This document shows, one piece after another, positions 41,029 through 51,314 of a DNA stretch of 64,000 bases; within the stretch, counting starts at the first letter, position 1; each line of letters begins with the position of its first letter. The position numbers were made by a program, and so were the translations under genes. The DNA comes from an uncultured delta proteobacterium (GTDB taxonomy: Bacteria > Desulfobacterota > Desulfobacteria > Desulfobacterales > SG8-13), in assembly GCA_963848135.1 (NCBI GenBank), contig CAWKCK010000018.1, positions 820,938-884,937 of the forward strand. The letters are read 5' to 3'. Under the pieces are notes generated by a model. That model made no database searches. It saw only the letters and a program-made list of their open reading frames with translations, and was not told the DNA's origin.

Positions 41029-41589
41029 CTAATTCAGGCGATCACGCAAGTCTGACAGGGCCTCCTGAATCAATCCTTGCAGCAGTTCGGTTAATACCTC
41101 ACCGGGGACTTTTGAGGATGGAATGGTCTTTTTCGTGAGAGTGCTGACATATTCTTTAATAAAGACTTGCTGCCCAGCGGCTTGGACTACGATATTGAGC
41201 CGCAATCTGGCGTCATATTCGGTATGGGACATCTGCATGACATTCAAGTCTTTGATAACGCCGGTCAACATATAGTCGGTATCAAACATTGCACCCGTGT
41301 CGTGGTATTCCACCTTGCAGCCACTGCGTTCGAGTTCATCATAGAAAGCTCTGGAAATCCAACTGGACACGGAGTCATTGGCATGGATCGGTATACCTTT
41401 CTGGGTTTCACCAATAACTTTTTTCCCCCTTTCATCCGTGAAAGTTACAATAGCGAGACTTTTTTGACAGGGCGATACTCTGAAACCGGAAGGTTGGTAG
41501 ACCAGGTCGACCCGAGTTGACGGGGCGCAACCGAAAAATACAATAAAACCGAGAAGTAGCACGGGAAACGATTTCGTCAACATTTTCAT
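41029..41589 (-). CDS. Lipoprotein (YajG-like)
   Basis: RBS AGGAGG; lipobox FFGC; FTDERG motif. Confidence 0.65.
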   Translation of the reverse strand: MKMLTKSFPVLLLGFIVFFGCAPSTRVDLVYQPSGFRVSPCQKSLAIVTFTDERGKKVIGETQKGIPIHANDSVSSWISRAFYDELERSGCKVEYHDTGAMFDTDYMLTGVIKDLNVMQMSHTEYDARLRLNIVVQAAGQQVFIKEYVSTLTKKTIPSSKVPGEVLTELLQGLIQEALSDLRDRLN

Positions 41590-41814
41590 AGGGCCTCCTT
41601 GGGGACTGGCTGCTTATTGTTTGCCGTTAACAACTTCTCTCGATAAGCGCCAGACTGTCATGGCGTTCATAATTACCAGGCCAATTGTACTGTATCGGTG
41701 TGAAATGTCAAATTTTCCACATCGTTTCATTATGATTCAATCCAGCATTCGGCCCCTGCGCAATTGGAGCATCGTGAATAAATCACGCCCTATTTGACCA
41801 ATAGTCATCGCTTT

Positions 41815-42348
41815 TCATTTATCGCCCATTTTTTGGGGCACCTTCTGCACCTTGGTGATATCGTAACCCTGTTTTTCGATAAATTTCAGAATCCGTTCGT
41901 AATCCGTTTCTGGAAGGGACGGCTGCCGGGCCATTATCCAGACATAATCTCTTTTCGTGCGGCCGATGACAGTTTGGGAATAATCCGTTGCCAGATAAAT
42001 AACTCTGTATTCCGTTTTTACGGGCCAGATGAATTGCATGGCCCACACAGCGTTTGACCGCTTGTCACGTATGAAGCCCTTAGGCGTATATTTTTTAACA
42101 GGTCCGTCGAAACCGCCTTTGTTGAATGTGAAGGTTGTCAGCACATCGCCATTGTCGTCGAGGCGGTAAGATTCGATCGCATTGTAGGCATCTTTTTCAA
42201 TAAACGTGGGAATATTTGCGATAACGTACCAGTCGCCCATGAAACGCTCGAGATCTAATGCATCGACAGTTTGAATCGGCGGCGCTGTCTGGCAGCCCTG
42301 AAGAATAAGAATTAAGGAAATAGCAGCGAGGGTTAATATCTTTTTCAT
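41815..42348 (-). CDS. blc: Bacterial lipocalin lipoprotein
   Basis: Lipobox LQGC, RFMGDWYVIA, DYVWIMAR. Confidence 0.88.
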   Translation of the reverse strand: MKKILTLAAISLILILQGCQTAPPIQTVDALDLERFMGDWYVIANIPTFIEKDAYNAIESYRLDDNGDVLTTFTFNKGGFDGPVKKYTPKGFIRDKRSNAVWAMQFIWPVKTEYRVIYLATDYSQTVIGRTKRDYVWIMARQPSLPETDYERILKFIEKQGYDITKVQKVPQKMGDK

Positions 42349-42429
42349 TGATTTGACTCCGAATAGAATGGTGTTAATGGATCGAGATAAAATAGCACTC
42401 CTTCAATAGCGTAATTTACGAATACCTTC

Positions 42430-42451
42430 GAAGGTCAAAATTATGACCTTC
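42430..42451. promoter_or_regulatory. Palindromic operator candidate
   Basis: GAAGGTCA-AAATTA-TGACCTTC perfect 8-bp inverted repeat between divergent genes. Confidence 0.4.
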
Positions 42452-42663
42452 ATCGACATTGTCAAAAAAAAATGGCTCGAGCTGAAGCTCACTTCGACCT
42501 TCTTGACACTGAGGCCCCTTTTTGACATTTTGGGAAATCTTTGAACAGGGAACAATCCGCTGACTTCACAAGCCATATGGACTCAACCGGTCGTTTACCG
42601 GAAAATCCCGGATACGGCCGGCACCGGCACCGATCGAGCGGGAAACAAACGGGAACATGATAC

Positions 42664-43617
42664 ATGGATAAAATTCACCTTCACAACGCCTCCGCTTATG
42701 GCGGCCATGGCTGGTCGCCGCGCACCACGCCCATGCGGGATGAAATCGGCACCGTTTGGGGCCACTTCGGCCAGTTGAATGAATGGGCACCGTTGAGATC
42801 GGTAATGGTGCATCGTCCCGGGTCGGAACTGGCGACCGCACAAGATCCCGACACTGTTCAAATGCTGGATAAATTGGATCTGGAAAAGGCTCGAATTCAG
42901 CATGAACGGTTGGTCGAAACCTTCACCCGGGCCGGTGTAACGGTATATGAAGTGGATCCCAGTGGTCCGGCATCTCCGAATCAGATGTTCGTTGCGGATC
43001 TGTTTTTTATGACACCCGAAGGTGCCATCCTGGCCCGGCCCGCATCTACCGTACGTGCCGGTGAGGAGCGCTGGGTCGCCCGACGTTTGACCGATCTCGG
43101 AATCCCGATTCTAAAATCCGTCAGAGGAGAAGGCACCTTCGAAGGTGCGGATGCGGCCTGGATTTCTCCGTCAACGGTGTTGCTCGGCCGCGGTCTTCGC
43201 ACCAATACCGAAGGGGCATCTCAGGTGTCCGGTCTGCTGAACGAAATGGGTGTCCGGGTGATCCAGGTCGACCTGCCGTGCGGCACCATGCATCTGATGG
43301 GAATGCTCAGATTTGCCGAAAAAAACTTGGCGCTGGCCTGGCCCGAACGCTTGGCTTTCGCTGCCGTGGAAACCTTACGGAATAGCGGATTCAGCGTTCA
43401 GTTTGTCCCGGACGTTATTGAAGCCAAACGCGGATTTGCATTGAACTTCGTCACCATTGCACCGGGTAAAATTATCATGCCGGCCGGAAATCCGATTACC
43501 CAATCGTTCTACGAAAGACTCGGTATCACCTGCCTCACGGTCGACATCAGTGAGCTGCTTAAGGCCGCCGGCGCCGTGGGATGTCTGACCGGTATCATCG
43601 AAAGGGAACCGATATGA
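42664..43617 (+). CDS. Amidinotransferase/pentein-superfamily enzyme (arginine deiminase/DDAH/citrullinase-like)
   Basis: NQMFVAD, RAGEE, FEGAD, GLRTN, MHL, GAVGCLT with catalytic Cys. Confidence 0.85.
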   Translation: MDKIHLHNASAYGGHGWSPRTTPMRDEIGTVWGHFGQLNEWAPLRSVMVHRPGSELATAQDPDTVQMLDKLDLEKARIQHERLVETFTRAGVTVYEVDPSGPASPNQMFVADLFFMTPEGAILARPASTVRAGEERWVARRLTDLGIPILKSVRGEGTFEGADAAWISPSTVLLGRGLRTNTEGASQVSGLLNEMGVRVIQVDLPCGTMHLMGMLRFAEKNLALAWPERLAFAAVETLRNSGFSVQFVPDVIEAKRGFALNFVTIAPGKIIMPAGNPITQSFYERLGITCLTVDISELLKAAGAVGCLTGIIEREPI

Positions 43618-43630
43618 ATAGGAGGAGCAA

Positions 43631-44044
43631 ATGCCGACCGTTAAAATGATCGAGTACGAAGAAGCCAGCCCGGCAGTCCGCCAGGTTTACGACGACATAA
43701 TGGCCACACGGCAGGTGGACTGGATCAACAACTTTTGGAAGACATTGGCGGTACAGCCGGAACTCTTGAAACGCACCTGGGAGGGAGTTAAGTGGGTCAC
43801 GGCCGCCGGGGCCCTTGACCCACTGACCAAAGAGATGGTCTATATCGCCGTGAGCGCAACGAACGGCTGCCAGTACTGCGTCAATAGCCATACGGCCGCA
43901 GCCAGGAAAAAGGGCCTGACAGAGGAGATGCTGTCGGAATTATTGGCCGTGGTCGGTATGGCAAACCAGACGAATTCGCTTGTTTTCGGCTACCAGACCG
44001 ACCTCGATGAAGCATTTAAAAACGGCGGCCGTCATCATAAATAA
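43631..44044 (+). CDS. AhpD/carboxymuconolactone decarboxylase-family protein
   Basis: KEMVYIAVSATNGCQYCVNSH; RBS AGGAGG. Confidence 0.88.
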   Translation: MPTVKMIEYEEASPAVRQVYDDIMATRQVDWINNFWKTLAVQPELLKRTWEGVKWVTAAGALDPLTKEMVYIAVSATNGCQYCVNSHTAAARKKGLTEEMLSELLAVVGMANQTNSLVFGYQTDLDEAFKNGGRHHK

Positions 44045-44327
44045 AGCAGTTCCCCCTCCATTTAAAATTTGAAACGCTCACTTTAGGTATGAATCAGGCC
44101 GTCCAGCCGGCTTCGGTCAGTGGAAGTGCATCAAATTCCGGTTATCGTTCCCGCCAGTAGAGTCTCACGGTAATTTCTTTCAGGGCCACCGACAGTGGCC
44201 GGGTCAGAGCGCAGTGGATACTATCGGCGACATCCTCGGGTCTTAAAAGATCGCCCATTTCGGTCGGCGGGCTGACACCATCGCGGGAAAACATATCGAA
44301 AATTGGAAAGCGTCCGGCGGCCCCCCA

Positions 44328-44591
44328 TCACTGTGGCTTCTTCCCTGCAGCGCTGCGTAGCAATTGAAGCGTGTTGCGTTGCTCAGACAACTTTTTGCTG
44401 AACTGCGCCTCGATCTTCTCGAATTCTTCTTCACTGACGATTCCCGACACATAGTCCTGACGAATCTGGCGCAGCGACCGTGCCATCTGCTTTAGCTCGT
44501 CTTCCATATTTTTTATTGCCACCACGGGGTCTACGGCGGTGACGTCGCCCCCGGGTTTTCCCAGTACAATGGGCTTGAATTCCGTTGTCAT
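44328..44591 (-). CDS. Hypothetical coiled-coil protein
   Basis: RBS GAGGTG; plausible amino-acid composition. Confidence 0.6.
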   Translation of the reverse strand: MTTEFKPIVLGKPGGDVTAVDPVVAIKNMEDELKQMARSLRQIRQDYVSGIVSEEEFEKIEAQFSKKLSEQRNTLQLLRSAAGKKPQ

Positions 44592-44664
44592 AAATCACCT
44601 CTCATTGTTACAGGAACGATAAAATCTACGTTTTCAATGTCGAAATGCGTTTACCGAAATCGAT

Positions 44665-45417
44665 TTACTTCCTCAGTGTTTCAACGATCCGCTGTGCGGC
44701 CCCGGAAAGAAGCATCATATCGACACCCACGGCAATGAGCGTGTAACCGGCTTTGATATGGTTGGGGGCTTCATCGACGGTGGCAACAAAAATACCCAAT
44801 GGTACCTCGGCTGCGGACGCGCAACGGTGCACCGTTGTCATCGCCGCAACGACCTTTGGGTCCTGGACCCGACCGGTCATCCCCATACTGGCCGATAGAT
44901 CGTATGGGCCGACAAAAAGGCAGTCGACACCCCCCACCCGAACGATTTCATCAATTCGCGATACGGCATCGATATGTTCTATCTGCAAAACGACCGCGAC
45001 TTCGGAATTGGCGCGATCAAGATAAGAAGCAAACGACGTCCCGTAACCTTGCGCCCTGGCCAACCCAACACTGCGGATGCCGGCCGGTGGGTATTTGCAA
45101 TACGCTACCGCCTTCTCGGCCTCGGCCGCTGAACAGATATGCGGCACAATGATACCGTCAGCGCCGCAGTCCAAACTCTTCTTGATCCAGGCTTCATCCA
45201 GTGACGGCACCCGCACCAGACACGGCGATCTGCCCGCCACCGCCTGCAACATTCGCTGCAGCGCCACGACGTCGAAGGCACCGTGCTCCATGTCGATGAA
45301 CAGCCAGTCAAAGCCGCACAGCGCCAGAACTTCTGCTGTCTCTGGCGATGGGATGCTGACAATTGTTCCCAGGCAAATCTCTTTTTCCCTCAGCCTTTGG
45401 AGCAGTAGTTGTCCCAT
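44665..45417 (-). CDS. HpcH/HpaI class II aldolase
   Basis: FDWLFIDMEHG, LDCGADGIIVP, QIEH, FVGPYDLS; RBS GAGGAG. Confidence 0.9.
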   Translation of the reverse strand: MGQLLLQRLREKEICLGTIVSIPSPETAEVLALCGFDWLFIDMEHGAFDVVALQRMLQAVAGRSPCLVRVPSLDEAWIKKSLDCGADGIIVPHICSAAEAEKAVAYCKYPPAGIRSVGLARAQGYGTSFASYLDRANSEVAVVLQIEHIDAVSRIDEIVRVGGVDCLFVGPYDLSASMGMTGRVQDPKVVAAMTTVHRCASAAEVPLGIFVATVDEAPNHIKAGYTLIAVGVDMMLLSGAAQRIVETLRK

Positions 45418-45562
45418 ACGGTCTCCTCTTTCACAGTCCTTTACACAATCAAAACCGTGCGTTATGGTATGAGTCAATTGTATCATTAGCATTTCGCCGG
45501 CACGGCAAGCAATAACGAATGTCACATTTTTTAAATCCACGAACCTGAAACGGAATATTCAG

Positions 45563-46891
45563 ATGATAGAAAAAGTCGTCATCATGGGCGCCGCCGGTCG
45601 GGATTTTCACAATTTCAATGTCTATTTCAAGGACAACTCCCGGTACGAAGTCACTGCCTTCACTGCAGCCCAGATACCCAACATCGAAGGGCGACGTTAT
45701 CCGCCTGAATTGGCGGGACGTATGTATCCGAAAGGCATACCCATCTATCCCGAGGAACAGCTACCCGTCCTCATTAGGGAGCACAAAATCGATCTTGTGG
45801 CCTTCTCCTACAGTGACGTACCGCACACGGAGGTCATGCACAAAGCCTCAACAGCCATGGCCGGTGGGGCTGATTTCACTCTGATCGGGGCCACTTACAC
45901 GATGCTGCGCGCCCGTAAACCGGTTATTGCTGTCTGCGCCGTCCGGACGGGTTGCGGTAAATCACAGACAACCCGCAAGGTCTGCGAGATTGCCAGAAAA
46001 ATGGGTAAACGGGTTGTTGCCGTGCGGCACCCGATGCCATATGGTGACTTACGCCAACAGGAAGTTCAGCGCTTTTCCGCCTACGATGATTTCGCCCAGC
46101 ACCACTGCACCATCGAAGAACGCGAAGAATATGAACCGCTCGTCGATATGGGAATTGTCGTTTACGCCGGGATCGATTACGGGAAAATCCTGAAATCTGC
46201 AGAAGCAGAAGCGGACGTCATTGTCTGGGACGGGGGCAACAACGACACGCCCTTTTACTACCCGGATGTACACATCGTACTCTTCGATCCGCATCGGGCT
46301 GGTCACGAGCGCCTGTATTACCCCGGTGAAACAAACATGTTGATGGCAGATATTGCCGTGATCAATAAAGTCGACACCGCACCGGCCGAAAAAATCGCGC
46401 AAGTCCAACAAAACATCCGCCGATTTGCTCCAGAAGCGCAGATCGTGCTGGCGGAATCATCGGTACTGGTGAGCCAACCGGAATGGATTACCGGAAAACG
46501 CGTCCTCGTGGTCGAAGACGGCCCGACGTTGACTCACGGTGAGATGTCTTTCGGTGCCGGCCTCATTGCCGCTGAAAAGCATAAGGCCGGAGAAATTATC
46601 GATCCGCGCCCGTTTGCTGCCGGATCCCTTAAAGTTCTATATGAAAAATACCCCCACATCGGTGCCGTATTGCCGGCGATGGGCTATGGGCCGGACCAGA
46701 TCCTGGATCTCGAACAGACCATTGCCGCAAGCGACTGTGACCTGGTGCTTTTTGCTACGCCGATCCACCTCCCTTTGATCCTGAATATCAGCAGACCGAC
46801 ACTCCGTGTACGGTACGAATACCGGGACCATGGGAACCCCACCCTCGAAGCGGTGTTAATGGAGAAGATGAAATGGATCCGAAAAATTTAG
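45563..46891 (+). CDS. arcE: Probable arginine synthetase (family often annotated GTPase or cyclic 2,3-diphosphoglycerate synthetase-like)
   Basis: MGAAGRDFHNFN, AVRTGCGKSQT P-loop, RHPMPYGDL, CTIEEREEYEP, WDGGNND, VEDGPTLTHG; directly upstream of carbamate kinase. Confidence 0.75.
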   Translation: MIEKVVIMGAAGRDFHNFNVYFKDNSRYEVTAFTAAQIPNIEGRRYPPELAGRMYPKGIPIYPEEQLPVLIREHKIDLVAFSYSDVPHTEVMHKASTAMAGGADFTLIGATYTMLRARKPVIAVCAVRTGCGKSQTTRKVCEIARKMGKRVVAVRHPMPYGDLRQQEVQRFSAYDDFAQHHCTIEEREEYEPLVDMGIVVYAGIDYGKILKSAEAEADVIVWDGGNNDTPFYYPDVHIVLFDPHRAGHERLYYPGETNMLMADIAVINKVDTAPAEKIAQVQQNIRRFAPEAQIVLAESSVLVSQPEWITGKRVLVVEDGPTLTHGEMSFGAGLIAAEKHKAGEIIDPRPFAAGSLKVLYEKYPHIGAVLPAMGYGPDQILDLEQTIAASDCDLVLFATPIHLPLILNISRPTLRVRYEYRDHGNPTLEAVLMEKMKWIRKI

Positions 46892-46910
46892 ATTCCTCCG
46901 GCGGAACTGA

Positions 46911-47867
46911 ATGAAACCGACGAAGAGAAAGGATACACTTCTGGTTGCGCTGGGCGGTAACGCCCTGATCCGTAAAGGGCAGCAGGGGTCCATCGAAGAA
47001 CAATTTGAAAACCTGAAGGTCCCGATCCGCCAGCTGGCCAAAATCAGCCGGACCCACAAGATCATCATCACCCATGGCAACGGGCCGCAGGTCGGCAGCC
47101 TGTTGCTTCAGCAGGAATGCTGCGACACCGGACCCCGCCTGCCGCTCGAAATCCTGGTGGCCCAGACTCAGGGGCAGATCGGTTATATGATCGAATCGAC
47201 CCTCGACAATGAACTCATGGCATTAGGGATCTATCAAAAGCCTCTGGTGAGTCTCATCAGCTATGTTGTCGTGGACGAGAACGATCCGGCCTTCCAATCA
47301 CCGACAAAACCCATCGGTCCTGTCTTTTCGCAGCAGAAGGCGGCCGGGTTGCCCTACCCTACCCGCAAAACAACCAAAGGCTGGCGCCGTGTGGTGGTCT
47401 CACCCCATCCGGTGACCATTGTCGAAAAACGGGAGATTAAAAAGCTTATCGAGATGGGTTTTATCGTCATCTGCTGCGGCGGTGGCGGTATTCCCGTCAT
47501 CCGCGAGGGGCGGACTTTTTGCGGCGTGGATGCTGTCATCGACAAGGATCTGGCCAGCGCCCGATTGGCCGAGGAAGTCGGGGTGGATATTTTTGTGATT
47601 GCTACCGATGTCAAAGGCGCCCTGCTCAACTTCGGTCACCCGGAAGAGCATCTTCTCTCGGAACTGACTCCCCAAACGGCGCGGCGGTACTTGGCGGAAG
47701 GGCAATTTCCCGTGGGATCGATGGGCCCCAAAATAGAGGCCGCGCTGAAGTTTGTCGAAATGAAAAAAAAGCGTGCTGTCATCTGTTCGATAGCGGAAAT
47801 CGATGCGGCCATCAAGGGCCGTGCCGGTACACAATTTCATCCGGAAACGAACAAACCGGTCCGATAA
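46911..47867 (+). CDS. arcC: Carbamate kinase
   Basis: VALGGNAL, THGNGPQVG, PTKPIGP, GGGGIPV, AVIDKD, GSMGPKI. Confidence 0.95.
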   Translation: MKPTKRKDTLLVALGGNALIRKGQQGSIEEQFENLKVPIRQLAKISRTHKIIITHGNGPQVGSLLLQQECCDTGPRLPLEILVAQTQGQIGYMIESTLDNELMALGIYQKPLVSLISYVVVDENDPAFQSPTKPIGPVFSQQKAAGLPYPTRKTTKGWRRVVVSPHPVTIVEKREIKKLIEMGFIVICCGGGGIPVIREGRTFCGVDAVIDKDLASARLAEEVGVDIFVIATDVKGALLNFGHPEEHLLSELTPQTARRYLAEGQFPVGSMGPKIEAALKFVEMKKKRAVICSIAEIDAAIKGRAGTQFHPETNKPVR

Positions 47868-47958
47868 CTGCAATGACGGTGTATTGACACGTGGGAACCG
47901 CTTGAACTTTCAAGCATGTGACATCAATTTTTCGGTACCGATCCCCGCGCTGAACCCT

Positions 47959-49062
47959 CTAAGAACTGCTATCGATGAGACCGCGGGCGACAGTCACAAC
48001 GAAATCCTGGACATTGGTCAATATGGACCGCGCTGTCAGGGATCCCCTGTCCGCCAGCTTGCTGACCGCAAACTCTGACATATCGACCGAGTAAAAGTAA
48101 ACCGGTCGGATCTGGCCGTTATGAGTCACTGTATACGATGGCGTCATGTTGCCGGTGGCAATGGCATGCAATTGTGTGGCCAGGCAGATAATCGTGGTAG
48201 CGCGGCGGGTCAGCCGCCGCATGGCATCCTGGGCCTGGTAAACATCGGCGATCACCCCGGGCATGGGACCGTCATCGCGGATGGATCCGGCCAGAACACA
48301 CGGAATATCCTTGCGGGTGACGATATGCATGATGCCGTTCGTGATGAGGTGCAGATCGATAGCCTCCCGTATCGACCCGATCCGCCGGATGGCGTTCAAC
48401 GCGTCCAGATGCTTGTAGTGCCCCATGGCCACTGAACGCTTGGCGTAGAGTTCCTGTCCGAGAGCCGTACCGAACAGTGCCCCTTCCAGATCGTGGGTCG
48501 CCAGGGCATTGCCGGCCATCAATCCATGAACAAAGCCAGCCTCGACGAGCGCGGTGAAGGCCCGGCGTGAATCGTGGTCGAACACCACCGCTGGCCCGAG
48601 AACCCACAGAATAAACCCGCTAGCTTTCTCGAACTGCAGCAGGTCATAGAGTTCATCGTAGTCGATAGAAAAGGAGGTTTCACGGGTCAGATGCGATCGG
48701 AAGGCGAACTTCTCTTTCACGTAATCCGGGAAGTTAAAAGCGTTGGTTTGGACGTAAATGCCGTCCTCTCCATTTTCGCGCCGTCCCACGGCCACGAGAT
48801 CACCGGATTTGAGGTTCCGGAACTCGGTCACCAGCAGCCGGTCATTCGGGCCGCGCACGACCACACAGTCCATGCGGGATTCTTCGACCAGACGCCACGC
48901 CCCCTTAATGAGTTGAAAATATTCCGGGTAAACGGAGGTCGCGTGGTAATCATTGGGAGCGACACCGGCGGTTTCGACCGGTTCGAATTTTACTACTGGT
49001 GCATTGATTAGAAGGGGGCTGTTGAAATCCGGTTGTTGATATTGGGGAAGAATAAACGCCAT
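47959..49062 (-). CDS. TIGR00300/LOR-SDH-like protein, putative ornithine cyclodeaminase (AgrE/ArgZ C-terminal type)
   Basis: RMDCVVV, GNALATHDLE, LAGSIRDDGP, ATQLHAIATGN, KLADRGS; RBS GAGGTGAGG. Confidence 0.75.
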   Translation of the reverse strand: MAFILPQYQQPDFNSPLLINAPVVKFEPVETAGVAPNDYHATSVYPEYFQLIKGAWRLVEESRMDCVVVRGPNDRLLVTEFRNLKSGDLVAVGRRENGEDGIYVQTNAFNFPDYVKEKFAFRSHLTRETSFSIDYDELYDLLQFEKASGFILWVLGPAVVFDHDSRRAFTALVEAGFVHGLMAGNALATHDLEGALFGTALGQELYAKRSVAMGHYKHLDALNAIRRIGSIREAIDLHLITNGIMHIVTRKDIPCVLAGSIRDDGPMPGVIADVYQAQDAMRRLTRRATTIICLATQLHAIATGNMTPSYTVTHNGQIRPVYFYSVDMSEFAVSKLADRGSLTARSILTNVQDFVVTVARGLIDSSS

Positions 49063-49266
49063 GACCTCACCTCCCTGTTGGATGTCGCGGCACGGGTTTC
49101 GTGACGGCTTTGAGAGGATTATAGTCCGTTCCGGTTTCATTTATCAATAAATTTCAACCGGAACCGGATTCTATCGCTGTCGAAAAGCGAACTTGACAAT
49201 CGTATCCAACTATCCCCAGTATTAAAAGGACCACCGCATATAACCCTTCAATCAACGGAGTTCTGC

Positions 49267-50472
49267 ATGATATCCCTTAATCGCCTCAGGCAGGCGGCGG
49301 CACAGATACAGAACTGGATCGTCAAAACCCCACTGGTCCATTCTCCGGCCATCAGCCGCATGTTTGGTGGTGAGGTTTACCTCAAGTTGGAGAACCTGCA
49401 GAAAACAGGTTCATTCAAAATCCGCGGTGCGTCGCACAAGCTGTTGACGTGTTCGGCTGACATCGGCCCCGGCGGCGTCGTGGCCGCATCGGCCGGAAAT
49501 CACGCCCAGGGATTGGCGTTGGCGGCGAAACAGCTCGATATGCCGGCAACCATCGTCATGCCGGAATGGGTGTCCATTACCAAGAAAGAGGCCACCCGCA
49601 TGTATGGTGCCAAGGTGGTCACCTTCGGGCAGAGTATCGGCGAATGCCTCGAGGAGGCCCAACGCATGACCCGCGAAGGGAAAATGTTCATCCATCCCTT
49701 TGATGATGAGGATATCATCACCGGTCAAGGAACCACCGGACTCGAGATCTTCGATGAACTGGCGCGCCCGGATCTGGTTGTCGTTCCCGTCGGGGGCGGG
49801 GGCCTGATTTCGGGGATTGTTTCGGCAGCCATGAACCTGTCCCCGGAAACCCGACTCGTCGGGGTACAGGCAGCGTCCTGCCCGTCGGCCTACGAAGCCT
49901 TCATGACAGGTCGAATCACGCAGGTCGAAGGCCGATCGTCGATTGCCGACGGTATCAGTGTGAAAAAGGTCGGTCAGTTGACTTTCGATATCATTCAAGA
50001 GGGCGTCGATGAAATTGTATTGGCAGATGAAGAACAGATTGCGGCGGCAATTTTACTGCTCCTGGAACGCGAAAAAATCCTGGCCGAAGGCGCCGGTGCT
50101 GCCCCCCTGGCGGCACTGATGAACGGATCATTGAAACTCCCGCGAGAGGGAAGAACGGTACTTGTCATCAGCGGCGGCAATGTCGACAGTCCGCTTCTGG
50201 GCAGAATCATCAGCCAGGGACTGACCCTGCACGGACGCGTCATGCGGGTCGGGATACGAATGGCCGACATCCCAGGCTCCCTGTCTAAGCTTCTGGCTCT
50301 GATCGCCGCCACCAAAGCCAATGTTCTGCACATCTACCATGATCGCAACGTTCGGGGCACTCCCATTTACATCACCCATGTGGATCTGGAACTCGAAACC
50401 CGCGGGCCCGCGCATGTCAAAGAAATTACGGAAACACTGCAAAGGGCTGGATACGAAATCAAGCTACCTTGA
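49267..50472 (+). CDS. ilvA: Threonine ammonia-lyase with C-terminal ACT domain
   Basis: ENLQKTGSFKIRG (PLP Lys), SAGNHAQG, PVGGGGLISG, SGGNVD, LETRG. Confidence 0.9.
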   Translation: MISLNRLRQAAAQIQNWIVKTPLVHSPAISRMFGGEVYLKLENLQKTGSFKIRGASHKLLTCSADIGPGGVVAASAGNHAQGLALAAKQLDMPATIVMPEWVSITKKEATRMYGAKVVTFGQSIGECLEEAQRMTREGKMFIHPFDDEDIITGQGTTGLEIFDELARPDLVVVPVGGGGLISGIVSAAMNLSPETRLVGVQAASCPSAYEAFMTGRITQVEGRSSIADGISVKKVGQLTFDIIQEGVDEIVLADEEQIAAAILLLLEREKILAEGAGAAPLAALMNGSLKLPREGRTVLVISGGNVDSPLLGRIISQGLTLHGRVMRVGIRMADIPGSLSKLLALIAATKANVLHIYHDRNVRGTPIYITHVDLELETRGPAHVKEITETLQRAGYEIKLP

Positions 50473-50560
50473 GGGGTGCGGAGGGTAATCCTAATGATTA
50501 TTATCGAAATATTCGATTCTTTTCAAAAGCCATCTACATGTTTACCGAAGGGAGGGCATC

Positions 50561-51292
50561 ATGACCTATAGATTAAGGGTATCAATACTAAGTATATTTT
50601 TAATTTTCAATATCGGCGAGCAGACTCATGCCGGATTTCAGGACTTCGTCAAGAAAACGATGAAGGCAGTGGGAGGCGAAAAGGGCCTCACAAACGATGA
50701 AATCGTCAAGGGCCTCAAGGAAGCCCTTGAAATTGGAACGAGTACTGCCGTGAAAGAGGTTTCAAAATCTGATGGGTACTTTAAAAATCCTCTGATTAAA
50801 ATTCCCCTTCCTGAAAGCGTACAAAAGGTTGAAAAACTTCTCCGCGCAACCGGTTTTGGCAACAAGGTCGATGAATTCGAATTGAGCATGAACCGGGCTG
50901 CCGAGCGGGCGGCCCCGGAGGCGAAATCCATCTTCTTGGAGGCCGTCAAGCAGATGACGTTCACCGATGCCGGCAAGATTCTTGATGGCCCGGACAACGC
51001 CGCCACCTTGTATTTTAAGGATAAAACCTCGGGTAGACTGCAAGAAATTTTCGAGCCGATTACGCACCAGGCGATGTCCGAAGTCGGCACCACCAGGGAT
51101 TATCAGGCTCTCGATGCCAAGATAAAAACCATCCCCTTTGGCGACCAAATGAATTTCGATTTGGATCAGTATGTAACCACCAAAGCGCTGGACGGACTAT
51201 ATCTGATGTTGGCTGTTGAAGAAAAAAAGATCCGGCAAGATCCCGCAGCCCGGGCGACCGATTTGCTTAAAAAGGTCTTCGGGGGTCAATGA
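50561..51292 (+). CDS. DUF4197-family exported protein
   Basis: Signal peptide, GLKEAL, MNRAAE, EEKKIRQDP..R.TDLLKKVFG. Confidence 0.85.
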   Translation: MTYRLRVSILSIFLIFNIGEQTHAGFQDFVKKTMKAVGGEKGLTNDEIVKGLKEALEIGTSTAVKEVSKSDGYFKNPLIKIPLPESVQKVEKLLRATGFGNKVDEFELSMNRAAERAAPEAKSIFLEAVKQMTFTDAGKILDGPDNAATLYFKDKTSGRLQEIFEPITHQAMSEVGTTRDYQALDAKIKTIPFGDQMNFDLDQYVTTKALDGLYLMLAVEEKKIRQDPAARATDLLKKVFGGQ

Positions 51293-51314
51293 TTTCCAAC
51301 AGAGGAGATTGACA

